Positions 25,522 through 37,202 of a stretch of 64,000 nt of DNA are shown here, piece by piece. The stretch lies in assembly GCA_964016885.1 (NCBI GenBank), contig OZ024743.1, forward strand, positions 281,294,001-281,358,000, given 5' to 3'. The position numbers and the translations under genes were made by a program. Under the pieces are notes generated by a model. It had not been told where the DNA came from and did not search any database. It was given only the letters and a program-made list of their open reading frames with translations. How positions within the stretch are numbered: the stretch's first letter is position 1; each line of letters opens with the position of its first letter. The DNA comes from Eledone cirrhosa. Its lineage: Eukaryota.

Positions 25522-26135
25522 ACATCAGGTCACCAGTTGGTGCTACTGGTAACATGTATCCCAGTACAACCTGTCTCATGGTCGGGTCGTTGGCGACTAA
25601 ACTGGCAACCCCACCAAGGTTTCTTGGTGATGAGGGTGACTTTCGACATCCTGCAGGACTAAAAACAAAACCTGTCAAAGGGCAAAGGAGCTCTTAAGAG
25701 TCAATGGCCATCCAAAATCACCGGGAAAGATGACCCCTTAGCATTTGTCAAGGCAGAATTCTAGGAGAAGGAAAACTCTGATATAACACCTGCAACTCTG
25801 ATGGTATCCAATGATGTTGACTTGTTCTTCTTTTTGGTAAATATCATCTTGGTTAAGAGAGTGGGACTGGCTTCGTGCAGTGCCTTTGCTCACTATAAAA
25901 GCTTCACGGCACAGGCATTGCTTTATATTTGGAGATCTCTCTGCACTTGTCGTCACATGGTACCATGGGCCCAGCACTATGTGTCAATAATTGTCACAAG
26001 TGTAGTGTTTGTACCAGAGTTTTCAAGTCACTGGCTGGACTAAAAAGTCACTCGTTCAACGCATCGGTAGGGGTTCTCCTACATGTATATAAAGTAGTGG
26101 CCGTACTCGAAAACGAGTTGGCAGCCACCATGTAT
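25522..26135 (+). mobile_element. Non-autonomous RTE-derived element
   Basis: Homologous to 7340-7875. Retains a C2H2 remnant HKCSVCTRVFKSLAGLKSH typical of RTE C-termini, hairpin ACTCGAAAACGAGT and a (TGTA)n tail. Confidence 0.7.
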
Positions 26136-26278
26136 GCATATGTGCACGTATGTATGTGTGTATGTATGTATATATGTCTATATGCGTACGTCTATGTATG
26201 TATGTAGTATGTATGCATGTATAGATGTATTATGTATGCATGTGTGTATGTATGTATTACTTGACATATGTATATATT

Positions 26279-26341
<63 letters not shown>

Positions 26342-26487
26342 ATGTGTGGGTGGTTGGATCGATGGATGGATGGATCTATATATGTATATGATGGGAAGGT
26401 GGTGCTACTCGTGGTGTTGTGAAGTGACAATCGTAATGCTGTGATAGACATGCAGATTTAACAACGGACCTTACTTTTAGAGATTAA

Positions 26488-26760
26488 TGCGGGGCGGGGC
26501 GGAGCGGGGCGGAGCAGGGCGGAGCGGGGCGGAGCGGGGCGGAGCGGGGCGGAGCGGGGCGGAGCGGGGCGGAGCGGGGCGGTGCGAGACGGAGCGAGGC
26601 GGTGCGAGGCGGAGCGGGGCGGAGGGCGCGGAGCGCGGTGGAGCGGGGCGGAACGGGGCGGAGTGGGGCGGAGTGAGGTGGAGTGAGGTAGAGTGGGGCG
26701 GAGCGGGGCGGAGTGAGGTGGAGTGAGGTGGAGTGGGGCGGAGTGAGGTGGAGTGAGAGC
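26488..26760 (+). repeat. (GGGGCGGAGC)n decamer satellite
   Basis: Direct reading; decays to GAGGTGGAGT units at the right end. Paralog at 33934-34212. Confidence 0.93.
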
Positions 26761-27049
26761 GATGTAAAACGTAAGAGAGTGAGTGGTTATATTTCGTTTT
26801 TAATTCCTCTAGATATCTCCTCACCCACTTACACACATATATACAGATATACATATATGTATGTATTATATATATATATATTTATATATATATATATATA
26901 TATACAATGATATTAAATAAATGGAAACTATATTTATAAACCATATTTATTCTATTATATATATTTCAAGGGTACAAAAAATGTTGGTACGCTATCATAA
27001 GTGTGTTTTATAAATTTTGAGATTATACCTTAACGGTTTAAGTTATCAT

Positions 27050-27111
<62 letters not shown>

Positions 27112-27235
27112 GTAGGAGGTGAGTTTTATTGTAGCACAATAAAGCAATGCAAATATCGGATAAGTAGCACTCTACAGTTTGTAGGACTGGAGTATAAATA
27201 ATATAAGATCAAAAGATGGTTAAAAGAGTTCCAAG

Positions 27236-27306
27236 TATTTTATTATGCGCATTTCAAAAACAAATATCATCATGGGATGCTATCTGCGTTCTCATCAGAT
27301 AAAATA
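27236..27306 (-). ncRNA. Type I hammerhead (left arm of palindrome)
   Basis: Minus strand UAUUUUAU-CUGAUGA-GAACGCAGAUA..UAUUUGUUUUU-GAAA-UGCGCA-UA-AUAAAAUA. Confidence 0.85.
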
Positions 27307-27397
27307 GGGAGACATCATATGAAGCTTAAAAAACACTTGTGAATAGTGAAGTTTTACTATTCACAACTGTTTTTTTAAGCTTCATATCATGTCTCCC

Positions 27398-27468
27398 TAT
27401 TTTATCTGATGAGAACGCAGATATAAACCCATGATGATATTTGTTTTTGAAATGCGCATAATAAAATA
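27398..27468 (+). ncRNA. Type I hammerhead (right arm of palindrome)
   Basis: TATTTTAT-CTGATGA-GAACGCAGATAT aaacccatgatg ATATTTGTTTTT-GAAA-TGCGCA-TA-ATAAAATA; 8-bp helix I and palindromic helix III. Confidence 0.87.
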
Positions 27469-27498
27469 CTTGGAACTCTTTTAACCATCTTTTGATCT

Positions 27499-27551
<53 letters not shown>

Positions 27552-27553
27552 CA

Positions 27554-27643
<90 letters not shown>

Positions 27644-27830
27644 TAGGGGGCGGACTGGACATAGACAATACAAAAAAACAACGGAAAGACGGACGTCCCA
27701 ACTCCTCAGTCAACAGCTGGAAATCACTACAGTTTCGGTTAAAAAATATATATATATACATATACATATAAATATATATGTGTGTGTATATATTTGTTTC
27801 TTTGCATATGCTCATATATATACATGTATG

Positions 27831-27909
<79 letters not shown>

Positions 27910-27974
27910 ACCATAGATACATACACCTTTACAAGTTCCCCTTCCTCGCCATATGCCGAAGTTAGAGAAGAATG

Positions 27975-28603
27975 AAGGTGGGATGGATTAGGACGAGGTG
28001 GGGTAGGGTTGCATGGGGTAGGGTTGGCTGGATTGGGTGTGGTGGGGTGGGGTACGGTTGGATGGATTGGGGTGGGGTGGGAGGGGGTAGGGTTGGCTGG
28101 ATTGGGGTGGGGTGGGGTGGGGTGGGTGGGGTGGGGTGGGGTACGGTTGGATGGATTGGGGTGGTGTGGGATGGGGTAGGGTTGGCTGGATTGGGGTGTG
28201 GTGGGGAAGGGTGGGGTGGGGTGGGGTGGGGTACGGTTGGATGGATTGGGGTGAGGTGGGATGGGGTAGGGTAGGGTTGGATGGATGGGGTGTGGTGGGT
28301 TGGGGTACGGTTGGATGGATTGGGTGGGGTGGGATGGAGTGGGATGGGGTACGGTTGGATGGATTGGCTGGATTGGGGTGTGGTGGGATGAGGTACGGTT
28401 GGATGGATTGGGGTGTGGTGGGGTGGGTAGGGTTGGATGGATTGGGGTGTGGTGGGGTGGGTAGGGTAGGGTTGGATGGATTGGGGTGTGGTGGGTAGGG
28501 TTGGATGGATTGGTGTGTGGTGGGGTAGGATAGGGGGTGGTGGGGTAGGATAGGGTGGGGTGGGGTGGGGTGGGTGGGTACGGTTGGATGGGTTGGGGTG
28601 GGG
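27975..28603 (+). repeat. G-rich (GGGGT/GGAT/GGTAGGGTT) minisatellite
   Basis: Units such as GGGGTGGGGTACGGTTGGATGGATT. Paralog at 39117-40050. Confidence 0.92.
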
Positions 28604-28727
28604 TGCGTTACAGACAAATAAACATGTAAATAAATGAATAAATTCCCAAACTCCACGTTCCCATGACAACAGAGTTCAAAACTCAGGGTCATCAGCAAGG
28701 TCTTGTAACTGTTACATGGATCCGTTA

Positions 28728-31700
28728 ATGATGGTAGTGGTTGGTGTTGTTGTGGTAGTGGTGGTGGTAGTGGTTGGTGTTGTTGTGGTAGTGGTGGTAG
28801 TGGTTGGTGTTGTTGTGGTAGTGGTGGTGGTAGTGGTTGGTGTTGTTGTGGTAGTGGTGGTAGTGGTTGGTGTTGTTGTGGTAGTGGTGGTGGTAGTGGT
28901 TGGTGTTGTTGTGGTAGTGGTGGTGGTAGTGGTTGGTGTTGTTGTGGTAGTGGTGGTGGTAGTGGTTGGTGTTGTTGTGGTAGTGGTGGTGGTAGTGGTT
29001 GGTGTTGTTGTGGTAGTGGTGGTGGTAGTGGTTGGTGTTGTTGTGGTAGTGGTGATGGTAGTGGTTGGTGTTGTTGTGGTAGTGGTGGTGGTAGTGGTTG
29101 GTGTTGTTGTGGTAGTGGTGGTGGTAGTGGTTGGTGTTGTTGTGGTAGTGGTGGTGGTAGTGGTTGGTGTTGTTGTGGTAGTGATGGTAGTGGTTGGTGT
29201 TGTTGTGGTAGTGGTGGTGGTAGTGGTTGATGTTGTTGTGGTAGTGGTGGTAGTGGTTGGTGTTGTTGTGGTAGTGGTGGTAGTGGTTGGTGTTGTTGTG
29301 GTAGTGGTGGTGGTAGTGGTTGGTGTTATTGTGGTAGTGCTGATGGTAGTGGTTGGTGTTGTTGTGGTAGTGGTGGTGGTAGTGGTTGGTGTTGTTGTGG
29401 TAGTGGTGGTAGTGGTTGGTGTTGTTGTGGTAGTGGTGGTGGTAGTGGTTGGTGTTGTTGTGGTAGTGGTGGTGGTAGTGGTTGGTGTTGTTGTGGTAGT
29501 GGTGGTAGTGGTTGGTGTTGTTGTGGTAGTGGTTGGTGTTGTTGTGGTAGTGGTGGTGGTAGTGGTTGGTGTTGTTGTGGTGGTGGTGGTAGTGGTTGGT
29601 GTTGTTGTGGTAGTGGTGGTGGTAGTGGTTGGTGTTGTTGTGGTAGTGGTGGTGGTAGTGGTTGGTGTTGTTGTGGTAGTGGTGGTGGTAGTGGTTGGTG
29701 TTGTTGTGGTAGTGGTGGTGGTAGTGGTTGGTGTTGTTGTGGTAGTGGTGGTAGTGGTTGGTGTTGGTGTGGTAGTGGTGGTAGTGGTTGGTGTTGTTGT
29801 GGTAGTGGTGGTAGTGGTTGGTGTTGTTGTGGTAGTGCTGATGGTAGTGGTTGGTGTTGTTGTGGTAGTGGTGATGGTGGTGGTTGGTGTTGTTGTGGTG
29901 GTGGTGTTAGTGGTTGGTGTTGTTGTGGTAGTTGTGGTGGTAGTGGTTGGTGTTGTTCTGGTAGTGGTGGTAGTGGTTGGTGTTGTTGTGGTAGTGGTGG
30001 TAGTGGTTGGTGTTGTTGTGGTAGTGGTGGTGGTAGTGGTTGGTGTTGTTGTGGTAGTGGTGGTGGTAGTGGTTGGTGTTGTTGTGGTAGTGGTGGTAGT
30101 GGTTGGTGTTGTTGTGGTAGTGGTGGTGGTAGTGGTTGGTGTTGTTGTGGTAGTGGTCGTAGTGGTTGATGTTGTTGTGGTAGTGGTGGTGGTAGTGGTT
30201 GGTGTTGTTGTGGTAGTGGTGGTGGTAGTGGTTGGTGTTGTTGTGGTAGTGGTGGTGGTAGTGGTTGGTGTTGTTGTGGTAGTGGTGGTAGTGGTTGGTG
30301 TTGTTGTGGTAGTGGTGGTGGTAGTGGTTGGTGTTGTTGTGGTAGTGGTGGTAGTGGTTGGTGTTGTTGTGGTAGTGGTGGTGGTAGTGGTTGGTGTTGT
30401 TGTGGTAGTGGTGGTGGTAGTGGTTGGTGTTGTTGTGGTAGTGGTGGTGGTAGTGGTTGGTGTTGTTGTGGTAGTGGTGGTGGTAGTGGTTGGTGTTGTG
30501 GTAGTGGTGGTGGTAGTGGTTGGTGTTGTTGTGGTAGTGGTGGTGGTAGTGGTTGGTGTTGTTGTGGTAGTGGTGCTAGTGGTTGGTGTTGTTGTGGTAG
30601 TGGTGGTGGTAGTGGTTGGTGTTGTTGTGGTAGTGGTGGTAGTGGTTGGTGTTGTTGGGGTAGTGGTGGTGGTAGTGGTTGGTGTTGTTGTGGTAGTGGT
30701 GGTGGTAGTGGTTGGTGTTGTTGTGGTAGTGGTGGTGGTAGTGGTTGGTGTTGTTGTGGTAGTGGTGGTAGTGGTTGGTGTTGTTGTGGTAGTGGTGGTG
30801 GTAGTGGTTGGTGTTGTTGTGGTAGTGGTGGTAGTGGTTGGTGTTGTTGTGGTAGTGATGGTAGTGGTTAGTGTCGTGGTGTTAGTGGTGATGGTAGTGG
30901 TTGGTTTTGTTGTGGTAGTGGTGGTAGTGGTTGGTGTTGTTGTGGTGGTGGTGATGGTAGTGGTTGGTGTTGTTGTGGTAGTGGTGGTAGTGGTTGGTGT
31001 TGTTGTGGTAGTGGTGGTGGTAGTGGTTGGTGTTGTTGTGGTAGTGGTGGTGGTAGTGGTTGGTGTTGTTGTGGTAGTGCTGATGGTAGTGGTTGGTGTT
31101 GTTGTGGTAGTGGTGGTGGTAGTGGTTGGTGTTGTTGTGGTAGTGGTGGTAGTGGTTGGTGTTGTTGTGGTAGTGGTGGTGGTAGTGGTTGGTGTTGTTG
31201 TGGTAGTGGTGGTAGTGGTTGGTGTTGTTGTGGTAGTGGTGGTGGTAGTGGTGGTGGTAGTGGTTGGTGTTGTTGTGGTGGTGGTGGTAGTGGTTGGTGC
31301 TGTTGTGGTAGTGGTTGTGGTAGTGGTTGGTGTTGTTGTGGTGGTGGTGATGGTGGTGGTTGGTATTGTGGAGGTAGTGATGTTGGTGGTTGGTGTTGTT
31401 GTGGTGGTGGTGATGGTGGTGGTTGGTGTTGTGGTGGTAGTGGTGGTGGTAGTGGTTGGTGTTGTGTTAGTGGTGGTAGTGGTTGGTGTTGTTGTGGTAG
31501 TGGTGGTAGTGGTTGTTGTTGTTGTGGTAGTGGTGGTAGTGGTTGGTATTGTTGTGTTAGTGGTGGTAGTGGTTGGTGTTGTGGTAGTGGTGGTAGTGGT
31601 TGTTGTTGTTGTGGTAGTGGTGGTAGTGGTTGGTGTTGTTGTGGTAGTGGTGGTAGTGGTTGGTGTTGTTGTGGTAGTGGTGGTGGTAGTGGTTGGTGTT

Positions 31701-33220
31701 GTTGTGGTGGTGGTGGTAGTGGTTGGTGTTGTTGTGGTAGTGGTGGTGGTAGTGGTTGGTGTTGTTGTGGTAGTGGTGGTGGTAGTGGTTGGTGTTGTTG
31801 TGGTAGTGGTGGTAGTGGTTGGTGTTGTTGTGGTAGTGGTGGTAGTGGTTGGTGTTGTTGTGGTAGTGGTGGTGGTAGTGGTTGATATTGTTGTGGTAGT
31901 GGTGGTAGTGGTTGGTGTTGTTGTGGTAGTGGTGGTAGTGGTTGGTGTTGTTGTGGTAGTGGTGGTGGTAGTGGTTGGTGTTGTTGTGGTGGTGGTGGTA
32001 GTGGTTGGTGTTGTTGTGGTAGTGGTGGTGGTAGTGGTTGGTGTTGTTGTGGTAGTGGTGGTGGTAGTGGCTGGTGTTGTTGTGGTAGTGGTGGTGGTAG
32101 TGGTTGGTGTTGTTGTGGTAGTGGTGGTGGTAGTGGTTGGTGTTGTTGTGGTAGTGGTGGTGGTAGTGGTTGATATTGTTGTGGTAGTGGTGGTAGTGGT
32201 TGGTGTTGTTGTGGTAGTGGTGGTAGTGGTTGGTGTTGTTGTGGTAGTGGTGGTGGTAGTGGTTGGTGTTGTTGTGGTGGTGGTGGTAGTGGTTGGTGTT
32301 GTTGTGGTAGTGGTGGTGGTAGTGGTTGGTGTTGTTGTGGTAGTGGTGGTGGTAGTGGCTGGTGTTGTTGTGGTAGTGGTGGTGGTAGTGGTTGGTGTTG
32401 TTGTGGTAGTGGTGGTGGTAGTGGTTGGTGGTGTTGTGGTAGTGGTGATGGTAGTGGTTGGTGTTGTTGTGGTAGTGGTGGTAGTGGTTGGTGTTGTTGT
32501 GGTAGTGGTGGTAGTGGTTGGTGTTGTTGTGGTAGTGCTGATGGTAGTGGTTGGTGTTGTTGTGGTAGTGGTGATGGTGGTGGTTGGTGTTGTTGTGGCG
32601 GTGGTGGTAGTGGTTGGTGTTGTTGTGGTAGTTGTGGTGGTAGTGGTTGGTGTTGTTGTGGTAGTGGTGGTAGTGGTTGGTGTTGTGGTGGTGATGGTAG
32701 TGGTTGGTGTTGTCGTGGTGGCGCTGGTAGTGGTGATGGAGGTGGTTGGTGTTGTTGTTGTGGTGGCGCTGGTAGTGCTTGGTGTTGTTGTTGTGCTGGT
32801 GATGATGGGTGTTGGTGTTGTTGTTGTGGTGGTGATGGTAGTGATTGGTGTTGTTGTTGTTGTGGTGGTAGTGGTTGGTGTTGTTGTGGTGGTGGTGATA
32901 GTGGTGGTTGGTGTTGTTGTGGTGGTGATGGTAGTGGTTGGTGTTGTGGTGGTAGTGATGGTGGTGGTTGGTGTTGTTGTGGTGGTGGTGATGGTAGTGG
33001 TTGGTGTTGTTGTGGTGGTGGTGATCGTGGTGGTTGGTGTTGTGGAGGTGGTGATGGCGGTGGTTGGTGTTGTTGTGGTGGTGATGGTAGTGGTTGGTGT
33101 TGTTGTGGTGTTGGTGTCGTTGGTGGTGGTTGGTGTTGTTGTGGTGGTGGTGGCGTTGGTGGTGGTGATGGTGATGGTGGTGGTGCCAAACGACATGATG
33201 ATGGTGGTGGTGGTGGTGGG
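28728..33220. repeat. 4.5-kb minisatellite of 27/30-bp units GGTTGGTGTTGTTGTGGTAGTGGT(GGT)GGTAGT
   Basis: Direct reading. The minus strand translates as (PT8-9)n, but the triplet structure makes all frames nearly stop-free. Confidence 0.95.
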
Positions 33221-33933
33221 AGCATCATTTGTATATATGTATGCATATATGCAACTCGGATGGTATCCAATGATGTTGACTTGTCCTTCTTTTTGGTAAA
33301 TATCATCTTGGTTAAGAGAGTGCGACTGGCTTTGTGCAGTGCCTTTGCTCACTATAAAAGCTTCACGGCACAGGCATTGCTTTATATTTGGAGATCTCTC
33401 TGCACTTATCGTCACATGGTACCATGGGCCCAGCACTATGTGTCAATAATTGTCACAAGTGTAGTGTTTGTACCAGAGATTTCAAGTCACTGGCTGGACT
33501 AAAAAGAGTCACACTCGTTCAGGGGTTCTCCTACATGGATATAAAGTAGTGGCCGTACTCGAAAACGAGTTGGCAGCCACCATATATGCATGTATATATA
33601 TATGTATATATGCATGTATATATGTATATGTGCACGTATGTATGTGTGTATGTATATATATATGTCTATATGCGTACGTCTATGTATGTATGTAGTATGT
33701 ATGCATGTATAGATGTATTATGTATGCATGTGTGTATGTATGTATTATTTGACATATGTACATATACATATATATATTTATATATGTGGGGGGGGGGGGC
33801 TGGATCGATGGATGGATGGATCTATATATGTATATGATGGGAAGGTGGTGCTACTCGTGGTGTTGTGAAGTGACAATCGTAATGCTGTGATAGACATGCA
33901 GATTTAACAACGGACCTTACTTTTAGAGATTAA

Positions 33934-34212
33934 TGCGGAGCGGGGCGGAGCGGGGCGGAGCGGGGCGGAGCGGGGCGGAGCGGGGCGGAGCGGGGCGAAG
34001 CGGGGTGGAGCGGGGCGGAGCGAGGCGAAACGGGACGGCGATGGGCGGAGCGGGGCGGAGCGGGGCGGACCGGGGCGGAGTCGGGCGGTGCGGGGCGGAG
34101 TGGGGCGAAGCAAGGCAGAGTGTCGCGGGGAGGAGCGGGACGGAGCGGGGCGGAGCGGGGCGGAGTGAGGTGGAGTGAGGTGGAGTGGGGCGGAGTGAGG
34201 TGGAGTGAGAGC
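33934..34212 (+). repeat. (GGGGCGGAGC)n decamer satellite, copy B
   Basis: Direct reading. Confidence 0.92.
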
Positions 34213-34513
34213 GATGTAAAACGTAAGAGAGTGAGTGGTTATATTTCGTTTTTAATTCCTCTAGATATCTCCTCACCCACTTACACACATATATACAGAT
34301 ATACATATATGTATGTATTATATATATATATATTTATATATATATATATATATATACAATGATATTAAATAAATGGAAACTATATTTATAAACCATATTT
34401 ATTCTATTATATATATTTCAAGGGTACAAAAAATGTTGGTACGCTATCATAAGTGTGTTTTATAAATTTTGACATAACCAAGGAGATTATACCTTAACGG
34501 TTTAAGTTATCAT

Positions 34514-34551
<38 letters not shown>

Positions 34552-34677
34552 ATGTAGGAGGTGAGTTTTATTGTAGCACAATAAAGCAATGCAAATATCG
34601 GATAAGTAGCACTCTACAGTTTGTAGGACTGGAGTATAAATAATATAAGATCAAAAGATGGTTAAAAGAGTTCCAAG

Positions 34678-34748
34678 TATTTTATTATGCGCATTTCAAA
34701 AACAAATATCATCATGGGATGCTATCTGCGTTCTCATCAGATAAAATA
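34678..34748 (-). ncRNA. Type I hammerhead (left arm, copy B)
   Basis: Same sequence as 27236-27306. Confidence 0.85.
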
Positions 34749-34838
34749 GGGAGACATCATATGAAGCTTAAAAAACACTTGTGAATAGTGAAGTTTTACT
34801 ATTCACAAGTGATTTTTAAGCTTCATATGATGTCTCCC

Positions 34839-34909
34839 TATTTTATCTGATGAGAACGCAGATATAAACCCATGATGATATTTGTTTTTGAAATGCGCAT
34901 AATAAAATA
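34839..34909 (+). ncRNA. Type I hammerhead (right arm, copy B)
   Basis: Same sequence as 27398-27468. Confidence 0.87.
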
Positions 34910-34942
34910 CTTGGAACTCTTTTAACCATCTTTTGATCTTAT

Positions 34943-35030
<88 letters not shown>

Positions 35031-35778
35031 TAGGGGCGGACTGGACATAGACAATACAAAAAAACAACGGAAAGACGGACGTCCCAACTCCTCAGTCAAC
35101 CGCTGGAAATCACTACAGTTTCGGTTAAAAAAATATATATATATACATAGCGAAGTTTAAATTCTGTCGAGGTGGAACCAACATAATTAAAAGAATTTAA
35201 GTCAGTTTTAACATTACAGTTGTATATTATATTTTTAACTAAGCAATTGTTATTTAGCGGACATTTAGATCTATCTCTACAGTTACAGTTGTTTACTTGA
35301 ATATTGTTTAGGCTATTTTCGGTATTTTGGCTAGGTTTTAGATTCCTATTATTTATTATATTAATATTTTGTGCTAAATTTTTGGTGGACGAGTATGTTA
35401 ATTTTATAGTATGTCTATTGAAAATTGAGTGATACTTATGTGTTCTAGGGAAGCGTTTGTCAAGAGCATTAAAAAATAGTTTAGCGATGTGGGTTTTAAT
35501 GTTTAGTGAGAAAGGGGGGGGGGGCAAACCATATTATATTTCTAGTTCTATTTCTTTTCTGGTTTTTGGAATTATTGTAATGCTTTCTATTATAGTTGTT
35601 AAAGTTGTTACCGTAATTAAAATTGTTGTTATTTTGGTTAGTTTGTCTATTATCGATGTACATAATTTTATCACTATATCCTGCCACTTCATTGTAATAC
35701 TGGGCTTTTTCGTCGAAAATATTTTTATTAGATGAGATTCTAGAGATACGTTTTTGAACAGAGTTCACTATAGTATTT

Positions 35779-37202
35779 TTGACAGATCTAAATAAGGCAC
35801 TAAATTACGCATTCAAACATACAGACCTAACTAGCAATGAAATGCACATTATATTATCGGCAAGGAAAACATTGATAGAATTTAATAACCAACTATGGAC
35901 TAGGGCAGATAGAGATAATAATTTCGACATTACTATGGGATCATCAGACTCAGCTCAGGTAACGGACCTTGTGGGCCTATTTATAATTAATCCGCTGCAT
36001 AGGAAAATACCCGGTGTTACCGGAGGATTATATCGAGATGACATGCTTTTACTTATTGAAAATAATAACTCTGAACTAAATAGAAAAAGAAAACAAATTA
36101 TACAATTTTTTAATTACCTTAATCTAAAAATAGAAATTGAGAATAACCATAGAATAGTCAATTTCCTAGATGTAACATTAAATCTCAACACATGTCTTTA
36201 CTATCCATTTCACAAGTTAAATGAAAACTTGAATTATGTCAGTTTTAGCTCTAATCACCCCAGATCTGTCAAAAATACTATAGTGAACTCTGTTCAAAAA
36301 CGTATCTCTAGAATCTCATCTAATAAAAATATTTTCGACGAAAAAGCCCAGTATTACAATGAAGCGTTAGCTAGAGCAGGATATAGTGATAAAATTATGT
36401 ACATCGATAATAGACAAACTAACCAAAATAACAACAATTTTAATTACGGTAACAACTTTAACAACTATAATAGAAAGCATTACAATAATTCCAAAAACCA
36501 GAAAAGAAATAGAACTAGAAATATAATATGGTTTGCCCCCCCCCCCCTTTCTCACTAAACATTAAAACCCACATCGCTAAACTATTTTTTAATGCTCTTG
36601 ACAAACGCTTCCCTAGAACACATAAGTATCACTCAATTTTCAATAGACATACTATAAAATTAACATACTCGTCCACCAAAAATTTAGCACAAAATATTAA
36701 TAGAATAAATAATAGGAATCTAAAACCTAGCCAAAATACCGAAAATAGCCTAAACAATATTCAACTAAAAAACTGTAACTGTAGAGATAGATCTAAATGT
36801 CCGCTAAATAACAATTGCTTAGTTAAAAATATAATATACAACTGTAATGTTAAAACTGACTTAAATTCTTTTAATTATGTTGGTTCCACCTCGACAGAAT
36901 TTAAACTTCGCTATAATAATCACAAGAATTCTTTCACGGATCCAAATAAAAAATCTTCAACATCACTATCAGGCTTACTCTGGCAACTTAAACATGATAA
37001 CGTTGGATATTCGATGGTTTGGAATATAGTCTCAAAAGGGATTCCTTTTAATTCCTCTTCTGAGACATGTGACCTCTGCGCGGAGGAGTTATTCTTTATA
37101 CTAAAATCTAAAAATTCCCTTAATTTACGGACCAATTTATTCAGCTGCTGCAGACATAGATTGAACTCAACTTTTAAATATAAATATAAATTTAAAATGT
37201 AG
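35779..37202 (+). pseudogene. PLE RT (C-terminal half) + GIY-YIG endonuclease, 5'-truncated; Naiad-like linker
   Basis: FDITMGSSDSAQVTDLVGL, GLYRDD, VNFLDVTLNL, SNHP, IIWFAPP, CNCRDRSKCPLNNNC, IIY..YVGST..FKLRYNNH, CDLC, CRH. One frameshift in the C-run at about 36540. Confidence 0.9.

Larger units (their letters stand above)
27199..27505. mobile_element. 307-bp near-perfect palindrome of a PLE-type terminus
   Basis: TAATATAAGATCAAAAGATGG...CCATCTTTTGATCTTATATTA, centre about 27352. Confidence 0.9.
25790..33249. repeat. Tandem segmental duplication, copy A
   Basis: 25790-27760 matches 33250-35149, and 27755-28735 matches 38946-40180, in the same order and with few differences in unique parts. 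Confidence 0.93.
34641..34946. mobile_element. Palindrome with two hammerheads, copy B
   Basis: Paralog of 27199-27505. Confidence 0.9.

Noticed and set aside
27690-27745. Minus-strand GAAA-CTG-TA...CTGAGGA resembling a type II hammerhead
   Set aside because: Helices I and III cannot form properly.
27962-28698. Extensin-like Pro-rich ORFs (also 38906-40144)
   Set aside because: Antisense of the GGGGT satellite; the two paralogs differ freely in unit number and frame.
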